From assembly GCA_964408705.1 (NCBI GenBank), contig CAYPAI010000003.1, forward strand, positions 5,382-69,381: a DNA stretch of 64,000 bases, given 5' to 3'. Positions 9,401-16,463 of this stretch are shown one piece after another. This DNA is from Candidatus Woesearchaeota archaeon. GTDB lineage: Archaea; Nanobdellota; Nanobdellia; SCGC-AAA011-G17; PNOQ01. Made by a program: the position numbers and the translations under genes. Each line of letters starts with the position of its first letter. The stretch's first letter is position 1. Below the pieces are notes generated by a model. It searched no databases. It was not told the DNA's origin and was given only the letters and a program-made list of their open reading frames with translations.

Positions 9401-10609
9401 AAAGTTAGCACTAGTTATAACTGGCCTGATTTAAACTCTATTTATTTAGAAATTCAAACTGATGAGGATGCTAAGTGTAAATATAGTAAACAAAGTAATT
9501 CGGATTTTGATATGATGGATTCTTTAGACTTTGAAGGAGGGATACATTATTCCTTGACCCATAATACAAATATTACTTTTACAGAGTTTGATAAAACTGG
9601 GGGAGACGTAGTTATTTATCTAAAATGTGAAGATATTAATGGAAATGTTCATACTGCTGGTGATGATTTTAATACTGTTGAATTTAGTTTTGGGGAGAGG
9701 CCCGACGAGTTACCCCCTGAAGTCATAGTTAAATCTCCTTCAAATGGTGCATTTTTGCCTGATACAGTGAGCACAATAGATTGGGTTCTTAATGTATATG
9801 ATAATAATGATATATCTGGTTGTAGATATACTCAAGATAACAGTACTCTTTATTCAGATATGGAATATGATTTTGAGTATAAAGGTTCAACTTCTTGTGC
9901 AGGTACTAATTATGGTTGCCAAGAGTATGACGCTAGCGTTATTTTAGAAGATTATGAAAGTTTAAATATAACCCAACTTGTTGATTATGGTGCTGGAAGT
10001 TTAAATTATAATTTTTATTTTAGTTGTATAGATGGATCTGGAAATGACAATAATCCACCTTATGGATATGCTTTTAATATTGTCCCAGGTTTTGATGTAA
10101 ATATAACTTCACCGGTTAATGGTTCAGAAATATATGAAATTAGTCCTGAGATAGTTGTTGAGACTTCAACTTCTGCATCGTGTAGTTATGAAATTGATGG
10201 AGTAGAATATGACTTTGAATATGGAGATTCTTTGTTAACTAATTTACATTCGATTTTCCACTCTGGAAATCTTACTGGAAGTCCTGCAGGAGTTTCACAT
10301 ATACTAACTGTAGGTTGTAATGATTTGGCTTATAACGAAGCTACTGATCAAATAGTTTTTGAGGTTATTCAAGATTTAGTTTCCCCTAATTTAGTTAGAT
10401 TATATACTTATAATGGGAAATTATGGTTAGTTTTAGATGAGGAATCTTCGTGTAGCTTTACAACTTTAGAAAATGATCAACCTGTAGATATGGTGAGTAT
10501 GTATGGTGAAGATAAATACTTTACAGATTTGATAGATGGAGTTGATTTGTATTATATAACTTGTGAAGATGTGTGGGAAAATGAAGCAAGTTTTACGATC
10601 TATCCATAA
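6470..10609 (+). CDS. Giant (1379 aa) cysteine-rich secreted surface protein; putative adhesin
   Basis: Sec-type signal peptide (MLGKNKKR-MAVFMIWLVIFSFFNFIAIA-PKSVSA|EV). About 500 aa of very Cys-dense sequence. A Pro/Thr-rich linker contains a 37-aa tandem repeat (TTVTWTET). A second Cys module repeats the C..C...C.VLG.C pattern. C-terminal beta-rich region. Confidence 0.6.
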   Translation: MLGKNKKRMAVFMIWLVIFSFFNFIAIAPKSVSAEVPYCCVQTEEDDNGNREYCVSSEDSDDFGELQCDGTPVYGSNCADANAPQDCALETCIPILGDSCLSNYPKVKCLNEGGVSDPGNKENIAECRLGCCDLGGSCTIVEQNECLGSHDSGITNQVSCSLSCSPSQLGCCEMVGSCSFTNLGDCNINDPSVVFHQDRNCNEVTSCAARADSNSYLGCGDSGLEQHSEHSVYWYDSEGNRESIPTSGVNYVGPSGDIISTGDGACGYPDYTCEDPDGLGVGQGAYCKSTACLLEGDCTNCNPTEFLHGETICLNPWGGHFTNEARSKEIKGFVLECNSGQIVEPTDVFSRSDFVCVNGEKTFNDITRKTARKISNEYEKCLDCGDGGWSILDTISYVPGFGGLIQGTFGLLGFDDLVCTSGSGWDILGADFTGTKCEDVGKTSDGIQMCEYDHDFYAPIGSCNPVSPPEGNRCDLCGKGGDKYTNICTMEECNVLGDCTFEPQTVNIESALAAGALSFGTAVSIYTGWWVGCKAASALGFTGCEAPPSWATPAELWYGTDKVALSVFGLDVTTSAIYWMIFGLVVDITGELTNEEEQYVSILADEDGSINLARALTVVNTVSTESGIEYHWIWKRLLGSLSAEVFNPNLIGELMLSAKLHKIYENIITRAIEEGYGQMGYLFVGQPCNAACANAMAEEVVNAAAEQGIEISHETALEGFKEIATFHGTPATPLIPEIPAIPGTSALGEFTDASGNIITSNTPETTVTWTETIPADPATSTPALGNLVDADGTVLSSDVAQTTVTWTETTPAVAGTSAVPEVPAADAIAPGADSISDAAETAADASADVADDAVKSQLGTWTKHILRTVGAIIHVVSTANSLKPGKCVAETPYVGNEKCENCGGAEGQWYCSQERCDVLGAVNNQCKYLQGEGFEDSKCVSLDHSDVNPPQITRISAQLFDSLGDYVETKEVTSNSLKVSTSYNWPDLNSIYLEIQTDEDAKCKYSKQSNSDFDMMDSLDFEGGIHYSLTHNTNITFTEFDKTGGDVVIYLKCEDINGNVHTAGDDFNTVEFSFGERPDELPPEVIVKSPSNGAFLPDTVSTIDWVLNVYDNNDISGCRYTQDNSTLYSDMEYDFEYKGSTSCAGTNYGCQEYDASVILEDYESLNITQLVDYGAGSLNYNFYFSCIDGSGNDNNPPYGYAFNIVPGFDVNITSPVNGSEIYEISPEIVVETSTSASCSYEIDGVEYDFEYGDSLLTNLHSIFHSGNLTGSPAGVSHILTVGCNDLAYNEATDQIVFEVIQDLVSPNLVRLYTYNGKLWLVLDEESSCSFTTLENDQPVDMVSMYGEDKYFTDLIDGVDLYYITCEDVWENEASFTIYP

Positions 10610-10610
10610 G

Positions 10611-11111
10611 ATGGAAAAAGGACAATTAATAGGGCAGCCTTTAGTTTTTTTATTTTATTTAATTGCTGCAAGTTTGATTTTATTTGTAGGAATTAAGGCA
10701 GTTACTTCATTAAATTGTTATAATGATAAAATAGAATATTATGATTTTATAAGGAGATTTGAGAGTAGAATCAGTACAATTAATAATGATGCAGTAGGAA
10801 GTAGGTTATCATTAAAGGAATTAAATTTACCTTCTAAATTTGATTATATTTGTTTTTTTGAAGATTCACAGAATTTAGATTTAGTAGAGAATTATAAATT
10901 AAGATTATTAATTGAAACTAGTATGAATCAAAATGATCCTCCTAATATGTTCGTTTATTCTTCTGATGCTTGCAGTGACTTTGAAGTAATGGTTGAAAAG
11001 ATTAAAGATTTGAATATAGGTGAAAATTTTTGTGATTCACTTACAGATAGATCTTTTAATGCTGTCCTTGAATCTATCCCAGGTGAAGTTAATATATCAA
11101 AATCTATTTAA
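10611..11111 (+). CDS. Type IV pilin-like protein (class III signal peptide)
   Basis: The ATG at 10611 lies immediately after the stop of the giant gene. MEKGQ-LIGQPLVFLFYLIAASLILFVGI. The listed ORF start at 10563 overlaps the upstream gene and adds a non-hydrophobic leader. Confidence 0.5.
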   Translation: MEKGQLIGQPLVFLFYLIAASLILFVGIKAVTSLNCYNDKIEYYDFIRRFESRISTINNDAVGSRLSLKELNLPSKFDYICFFEDSQNLDLVENYKLRLLIETSMNQNDPPNMFVYSSDACSDFEVMVEKIKDLNIGENFCDSLTDRSFNAVLESIPGEVNISKSI

Positions 11112-11127
11112 ATTACTTAATTAAAAA

Positions 11128-11985
11128 TTGAGTATGGAAAAGGGAGGACAAGGTATACAGTTTAATTGGATTTTTATTATTATTGCAGGAGGTTTAATTT
11201 TAATTTTTTTTATGTTTTTTATTAATAATTATTATGATCTTCATAAATTGAAAGTTGGGTCTGAAACTGCAAGGGGATTGGATCAGGTTTTTTTAAGTGC
11301 TAAATCCACTCCTCAATACAAAAATTTTGATTTGAAAGGAAATGAATTTGATTTAAATTTTGAGTGTGGTTTTTTTGTAGTAAATGATGAGTATAGGCAG
11401 GAAACAGATTATGTTGTGTTTGGGGAGGACTTAACTGAGGTGAGCGAATTAGTAATTTGGTCTAAAGAGTTTAAAAAACCATTTAATGTTGATAATGTGT
11501 TGTATGTTTTAGATGTAAGAAAAAAAGTTTATGTCGAAGGGAATCTAGATTTTTTAAAAGGTTTTCCTGAAGATATAGAGGTTGTTTCTAATGTTAATGA
11601 TGCAGAACTTGTTGTATTTTTTGATTATTGTCCTCCTGGGTATGAGAATAAGAAGAAAGTGTGCATTGTTGATGATAAAATAATTTTTGAGAATAATGTA
11701 TACCCTTATTATGATGATATCTTAGTGTATGCTATTCTATTTTCAGATCTCACTAGTTTTGAATGTGGAGTTACTCAACTCGAGAATAAATGGTCAAATC
11801 TTTTCAAGATATACTCTAAGAAAATAGATTTTATGTCAGGGTGTAGTTCACATTCTAATATCTTAAAATCTGAGTTGGATTCTGCCTTGAGCCAGGTGCT
11901 AAGTGGAGAAGGTATTTTTAATGAAGAGGAAATAATTTATGCTAACAGGAATTTAGCTAACCTTGGTTGCGGGGTGGTATTTTGA
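11128..11985 (+). CDS. Type IV pilin-like protein (class III signal peptide), Cys-containing
   Basis: MSMEKGGQ-GIQFNWIFIIIAGGLILIFFMFF. Confidence 0.5.
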   Translation: MSMEKGGQGIQFNWIFIIIAGGLILIFFMFFINNYYDLHKLKVGSETARGLDQVFLSAKSTPQYKNFDLKGNEFDLNFECGFFVVNDEYRQETDYVVFGEDLTEVSELVIWSKEFKKPFNVDNVLYVLDVRKKVYVEGNLDFLKGFPEDIEVVSNVNDAELVVFFDYCPPGYENKKKVCIVDDKIIFENNVYPYYDDILVYAILFSDLTSFECGVTQLENKWSNLFKIYSKKIDFMSGCSSHSNILKSELDSALSQVLSGEGIFNEEEIIYANRNLANLGCGVVF

Positions 11986-12419
11986 AAAAAGGACAAGTTC
12001 AAATACAAGAAACTACTCTTGTAATATTTATTTTTACTGTTATAGTCGGCTTAGGTTTGATTGGTTTTTACAAGTTTAGTATTAATAACATAGAAGATTT
12101 AGATATGAAGTACCAGGAAAATAAATTTAAACAATTAGTTGATGTTATACCAAATCTTTCTGAATTAAAATTATCTCAATTAGGAGTTGAGTCTGAGCCT
12201 TGTGTGGATTTAATTAAGGCTCAAATATTTAAGGAGATGCAAGAAGAATATGATTTCGGTTTTAAAAAAATACAAATTGTTGGTTCAACCCCGGTAATTA
12301 TATACGAGAAAAAGAAAGATTCAGATAGTTTAAGAAAGTATAGTTCTCCTATCTGCACATATGACCCCTACACCAAGAGGTTTGAAGTTGCAAAATTAGA
12401 GGTGGATTGGTATGTCTAA
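11967..12419 (+). CDS. Type IV pilin-like protein (class III signal peptide)
   Basis: MRGGILKKGQ-VQIQETTLVIFIFTVIVGLGLIGF. Overlaps the upstream gene by 19 nt. Confidence 0.5.
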   Translation: MRGGILKKGQVQIQETTLVIFIFTVIVGLGLIGFYKFSINNIEDLDMKYQENKFKQLVDVIPNLSELKLSQLGVESEPCVDLIKAQIFKEMQEEYDFGFKKIQIVGSTPVIIYEKKKDSDSLRKYSSPICTYDPYTKRFEVAKLEVDWYV

Positions 12420-12831
12420 AAAAGGACAAGTTGAAACGTTAGGTTTAGTTGTGATAATTATATTAATTTTATTTTTAGGTTTAATATTTTTAAGGTATTC
12501 AGGAAATAATGATGATCCTATCGACGATAAGTTTTTATCCCTAAAAGCTAATAATTTTCTTAGTGCAATTAAACAGTTAAGTATAGGTAATTATAATTTT
12601 GAGTATTATGTTTCTGATTGTTGCGTAGGTAATCCAAACTCTTGTAATAAAGTTAATGAGGCAGTTCTATCTTCTAAAGAATATTTGGAAGAGGATGCAG
12701 ATTTTAAATTAACTTGTTTTTCAGGAGTAGTTTATGATTTTAACATGGGAAATTGTGATTTTTATGTAAATTCTGAGACGTTTGTATTATCATCAGGAGA
12801 TAAGATATCTTTAAGAATATGTAGAATTTAG
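12412..12831 (+). CDS. Type IV pilin-like protein (class III signal peptide), Cys-rich
   Basis: MSKKGQ-VETLGLVVIIILILFLGLIFL. Overlaps the upstream gene by 8 nt. Confidence 0.5.
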   Translation: MSKKGQVETLGLVVIIILILFLGLIFLRYSGNNDDPIDDKFLSLKANNFLSAIKQLSIGNYNFEYYVSDCCVGNPNSCNKVNEAVLSSKEYLEEDADFKLTCFSGVVYDFNMGNCDFYVNSETFVLSSGDKISLRICRI

Positions 12832-12841
12832 TATTTTTGCT

Positions 12842-12865
12842 ATTTGGGGCCCTTATTGCCCAAAT
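12842..12865 (+). terminator. Hairpin (ATTTGGG-10 nt-CCCAAAT) followed by a T-rich tract, just downstream of the last pilin-like gene
   Basis: Inverted repeat read directly. Archaeal terminators are usually T-tracts, and this one is modest. Confidence 0.25.
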
Positions 12866-12898
12866 TTAGCTAAATTTAGCCTGTTTTATTTACTCAAA

Positions 12899-12917
12899 TG
12901 TATAAATGCTTATAAAG
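12899..12917 (+). promoter_or_regulatory. Tandem TATA-like elements (tgtataaa / ttataaag) about 140-160 nt upstream of the S-layer ATG; long 5' UTR
   Basis: These are the only TATA-like boxes in the 227-nt intergenic region. The downstream gene has a strong Shine-Dalgarno instead of being leaderless. Confidence 0.35.
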
Positions 12918-13042
12918 GGAAAATTTACGTAAAATAACTAGAAAAAACTTAGTTAGACGACGGTATATTGACTAAAAGTGATGACAGTAATGTTGATGCA
13001 AAAAGAGGTGATAAAAATAATATTAAAAACAATTAAACACGT

Positions 13043-13049
13043 GGAGGTG
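13043..13049 (+). promoter_or_regulatory. Shine-Dalgarno GGAGGTG 9 nt upstream of ATG 13059
   Basis: Perfect complement to the 16S 3' end. Rare in this window, where most genes appear leaderless. Confidence 0.55.
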
Positions 13050-13058
13050 TTTTGATTA

Positions 13059-15131
13059 ATGAAACAATTTATTAGAAAAGTTTCAGCTGTTGGTACTAGC
13101 GTAGCAATGTTAGGAATGACAGTTGGAGGCGCTGTGGCTGCAGATCTAGCAGATATGCCTGCTCCTTTCGTAGCAGATAATTCTTATGTTAGTACAGCTA
13201 TGGTTATTGGTAGTTCAAGTGATACTGCCGCTAGAAATACGTTAAAGACGTACTTCGACGGATTTGTTGAATCAAGTACTGCTGTTGGAGATGTTACTTC
13301 AAGTACAGATGAAGAAAAGATATATGTAGGTGAAAATCTTCTTGCAGAGTTTTCATCAACCTTAGATGATGGAGATTTAGATGGTCTATGGGACGATTCA
13401 ATCTCTTTTGAAGGTGAAAGCCTTGAAACTTCAGAAATTATTGAAGTTACAGGTAATGTTTACTTAACTACTTCAGGTGTTGAAAATGAAGAAGAATTAA
13501 GCGATAAAGTTGCTACATATACAAATGCATCAAATAGTTGGGCTTACAGATACACATTCGATGAAGATTTCAATGACACAGTTACAAGTTCAGATGAACT
13601 TAAAGTTGACTTTTTAGGTAAAGAACTTAGAATAACTAGTTTCACTGCTTCAAACAATAAAGTAGAATTTACTACAGGTGCTGATTATTCCTTAGGACAA
13701 GATTCTTCTGTTGCAGTAGGTGGACACACAGTTTATGTTGGAACTATCTTTGAATCTAAAGTTGAAATTTGGGCAGACAATGAAGATCATAAGTTTTTAT
13801 CAGATGGTGATGAAGAGACTTTCGATATAGGAAATGATCAAGTTGAAGTTAAAGTTGAAGACATAGGTTATACTGATGATGTAGCTTCAAGAACAGTTCT
13901 TGTAACTGTTGGTGAAGATATTACTACTTCAGTAAAAGATGATGACGCAGTTCAAACTGAGTTAGGTTCACCTGATGTTGATGATGATAACGACGATGCA
14001 GAGTGGAATTGGCATAATTCAATTACTAGAGATGGTGCACTTACTGCAGGAGATTACATCGGAATTCAATTCCATCAAAAGATGAATAATTACGATGACG
14101 ATCCAGCGCCATTAGGTAGTGGAGAAAGCATGTCTACACCATTCGGTTATTTGACACTAGATTTCGATGTTCCAGAACAAACCTACGATCAATATACTAT
14201 TGAGTTTGAACAAAACTACGATATCGATCATGGTGATGTTGATGAAGTACACGTTGTCTTGATTACTGCTAATGACGGAACTAGTAGTAATGAAGGAATT
14301 AGTATTGACGGAACTGACACTGCAAAACTAGCAGTATTGGATAATGGTTCAATATACTATGAAGATAACGATGGAGACTGGCAACCAGGATCAGTAGATG
14401 CAGGAAACTATTCTACTGGAAATTTATATCTTGAATCTGGAACAGGAACTACTAAAAAACTAGGATTGCTAAAAGCAAACGGAACTACTGGTATGGGTAG
14501 AGAAGGATTTATTCCTGGCGGATTAGGAGCTCTTAAGTTAGAAGATACAGAGTCTGGTGATGACGGTAGTATAACTGGAGATATTACATTTAATGTTTCA
14601 GTTAATTCTACACAGTTAGGTGAAACTGCTGAAGATTCAGATAGCGGAGACGTACAATATCAAAGAAACAGTGCTTACATTGGTACTGGTGGATGGGATG
14701 ATGGAGACATGGTAACTGCTTATGGTACTAAGTTTGTAAACTTAGAATCAAACTCAGATAATGACCAAGTTGTATTCTATTTGCCTTCTGAAGAATTGTA
14801 TGCAGATTACTCTTTTAGTTTAAGAGGATCTAGTAGTTCTTCAAGTACTGAAGCTGATTTGGTAACTGCTAGTGAAGATACATCAGGATACAGTAACTTA
14901 GTTCTTGTTGGTGGTCCTGCTGTTAACAGTGTAACTGCTAGCTTTATGGGTAAATCTTTCCCTAGTTACGGAGATGCATCTGGAATTGCTGCAGATACTG
15001 CATTAGTTCAACTTGTAGAACAAGCTGGACAAACTGCATTGATTGTAGCTGGTTGGGAAACTGCAGATACTCAAAGAGGAGCTAGTGCTGTAGCTGCAGG
15101 TGGATTGACTGGTTCAAGTCATATAGCGTAA
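13059..15131 (+). CDS. S-layer (surface layer) protein, Methanococcales/Thermococcales type
   Basis: Signal peptide ...VAMLGMTVGGAVA|ADL. Acidic Thr/Ser/Asp-rich 690-aa protein. The C-terminus (SNLVLVGGPAVNSVTASFMG...TALIVAGWETADTQRGASAVAAGG) resembles the conserved S_layer_C region (LVLVGGP...VAGW..DT..AA). The gene is visibly less AT-rich than its neighbours. Confidence 0.65.
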   Translation: MKQFIRKVSAVGTSVAMLGMTVGGAVAADLADMPAPFVADNSYVSTAMVIGSSSDTAARNTLKTYFDGFVESSTAVGDVTSSTDEEKIYVGENLLAEFSSTLDDGDLDGLWDDSISFEGESLETSEIIEVTGNVYLTTSGVENEEELSDKVATYTNASNSWAYRYTFDEDFNDTVTSSDELKVDFLGKELRITSFTASNNKVEFTTGADYSLGQDSSVAVGGHTVYVGTIFESKVEIWADNEDHKFLSDGDEETFDIGNDQVEVKVEDIGYTDDVASRTVLVTVGEDITTSVKDDDAVQTELGSPDVDDDNDDAEWNWHNSITRDGALTAGDYIGIQFHQKMNNYDDDPAPLGSGESMSTPFGYLTLDFDVPEQTYDQYTIEFEQNYDIDHGDVDEVHVVLITANDGTSSNEGISIDGTDTAKLAVLDNGSIYYEDNDGDWQPGSVDAGNYSTGNLYLESGTGTTKKLGLLKANGTTGMGREGFIPGGLGALKLEDTESGDDGSITGDITFNVSVNSTQLGETAEDSDSGDVQYQRNSAYIGTGGWDDGDMVTAYGTKFVNLESNSDNDQVVFYLPSEELYADYSFSLRGSSSSSSTEADLVTASEDTSGYSNLVLVGGPAVNSVTASFMGKSFPSYGDASGIAADTALVQLVEQAGQTALIVAGWETADTQRGASAVAAGGLTGSSHIA

Positions 15132-15168
15132 AGGAATTAATTCCTTTATTTTTTCTTTTTCTTTTTTT
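15131..15168 (+). terminator. Palindrome AAGGAATTAATTCCTT directly after the stop codon, followed by a run of about 22 T-rich nt
   Basis: Perfect 16-nt palindrome plus ttattttttctttttcttttttt. Fits the termination signal of a highly expressed gene. Confidence 0.55.
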
Positions 15169-15207
15169 AACAAAAGTTTTTTAACTTAATTGGTTCTCTA
15201 AATATAT

Positions 15208-15693
15208 ATGTCAAAGTCCAAAGAACAAAGAAATAAAATTATTTTTGGATTATTTATCATTTTTTTGATGGTAAGTAGTACTGCAGGATTCATTTATTCA
15301 GGAGGTTCAACTCAAAAAATAAATGGATTTAAATTCACTAATGTAGGGGATGGTTGGCAAGTTTGGATAGAAGAACTAAACTCTTACCTTATTTTTAGAT
15401 ATCTTCCAAATGAAATAAATTTTGATTTTGATTTTTTAGATAATAGCTCTAAGTTTAAAATATTAAATAAAAATTGGGATCAATCTTCTTTGGAAAAGTT
15501 GAGAACTGCTCTACTCTTTAGAAGTATTCAAACTGAGATTATTGATGATTTAAATTGTGAGGAGTATACTCTTGTGTTAAATAATCTTTATTCTGATTTA
15601 GTATTAACTAAAGAACAAAAATGTTTTTATATTGAAGGAGATTCATTAAAGTTTGTGGAAGGAGTTATTTACAAAGTGTTTAAGGTTATATGA
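15208..15693 (+). CDS. Hypothetical membrane-anchored protein
   Basis: N-terminal TM (IIFGLFIIFLMVSSTAGFIY). No recognisable domain. Confidence 0.3.
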   Translation: MSKSKEQRNKIIFGLFIIFLMVSSTAGFIYSGGSTQKINGFKFTNVGDGWQVWIEELNSYLIFRYLPNEINFDFDFLDNSSKFKILNKNWDQSSLEKLRTALLFRSIQTEIIDDLNCEEYTLVLNNLYSDLVLTKEQKCFYIEGDSLKFVEGVIYKVFKVI

Positions 15694-16337
15694 TGAAAAC
15701 TAATTTAAAACTTTTAGGACTATTCTTGTTGTTTTTATTTTCTTTTTTAGTTTTTACTAATCAAACTAGTAATCTATCTGAAGATGAAATTTTAACTAGT
15801 TATGAATATACTCATGCAGGAAGAACTTTTGAGTTTAATATAACTGAAATTAATGATAATACTAGGCATGTTTTGAATTATAAATATGTAAAAGGAAATT
15901 TTAATAGATTTGCATCAATCCCTTTTAGATATTCACCTTACGATTTAGAATATATGTATATGGAAGAGTTATCTGAATTTATACTTAACTCAGAAGTTAT
16001 TTACATAAGTAGAGATCACTCTTTAGAGGAATTAACAGATAGTAAAGATGGTATTGCAATGTTAACTTTAGCTAGGGTTTTAGATAGCGAGATGGATCCA
16101 GATATTTATGAATTTCCCTTAGCTATTGCTTTAACTTCTTATGTTGAAGGTATTCATTCTCCTATAGTTGGATGTGAGTATAGTAATCCTGAAGCAAGAG
16201 TTATAGAGTTAAGAGTTGGAAATAAAGATGCAGTATACAAAGAAGGAGAATATTGTGTTGTTATGGAGTTTGAAGAAGGAACAGATCCAATTAAAGTTGC
16301 TACAAAACTTACTTATCATGTCTTGGGTGTGATGTAG
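15690..16337 (+). CDS. Hypothetical secreted protein
   Basis: Signal-peptide-like N-terminus (LKLLGLFLLFLFSFLVFTNQTSN). Overlaps the upstream gene by 4 nt. Confidence 0.3.
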   Translation: MMKTNLKLLGLFLLFLFSFLVFTNQTSNLSEDEILTSYEYTHAGRTFEFNITEINDNTRHVLNYKYVKGNFNRFASIPFRYSPYDLEYMYMEELSEFILNSEVIYISRDHSLEELTDSKDGIAMLTLARVLDSEMDPDIYEFPLAIALTSYVEGIHSPIVGCEYSNPEARVIELRVGNKDAVYKEGEYCVVMEFEEGTDPIKVATKLTYHVLGVM

Positions 16338-16377
16338 ATACAAAGATTTTTAAAGAATATTTCTTCTTTTTTTTTAT

Positions 16378-16460
16378 GCCGAGATCGCATAATCTGGTAT
16401 TGCACCGGCCTTGAAAGCCGGGCCCGAAAGGGCATCTGGGTTCAAATCCCAGTCTCGGCG
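16378..16460 (+). tRNA. tRNA-Ser (anticodon TGA), type II with long variable arm; no encoded CCA
   Basis: Acceptor stem GCCGAGA/TCTCGGC with discriminator G. Anticodon stem CCGGC/GCCGG with loop CTTGAAA. Variable arm GCCCGAAAGGGC. T-arm CTGGG-TTCAAAT-CCCAG. Preceded by a T-tract. Confidence 0.85.
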
Positions 16461-16463
16461 TAT

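Noticed and set aside
10563-10610. Upstream extension (MKMCGKMKQVLRSIHK) of the pilin-like gene
   Set aside because: Overlaps the 3' end of the giant gene in another frame. The ATG at 10611 gives a canonical MEKGQ class III leader.
12861-12880. Direct repeat aaatttagc x2 in the intergenic region upstream of the S-layer gene
   Set aside because: Too short and AT-rich to distinguish from chance. It could be a regulator site but there is no supporting evidence.
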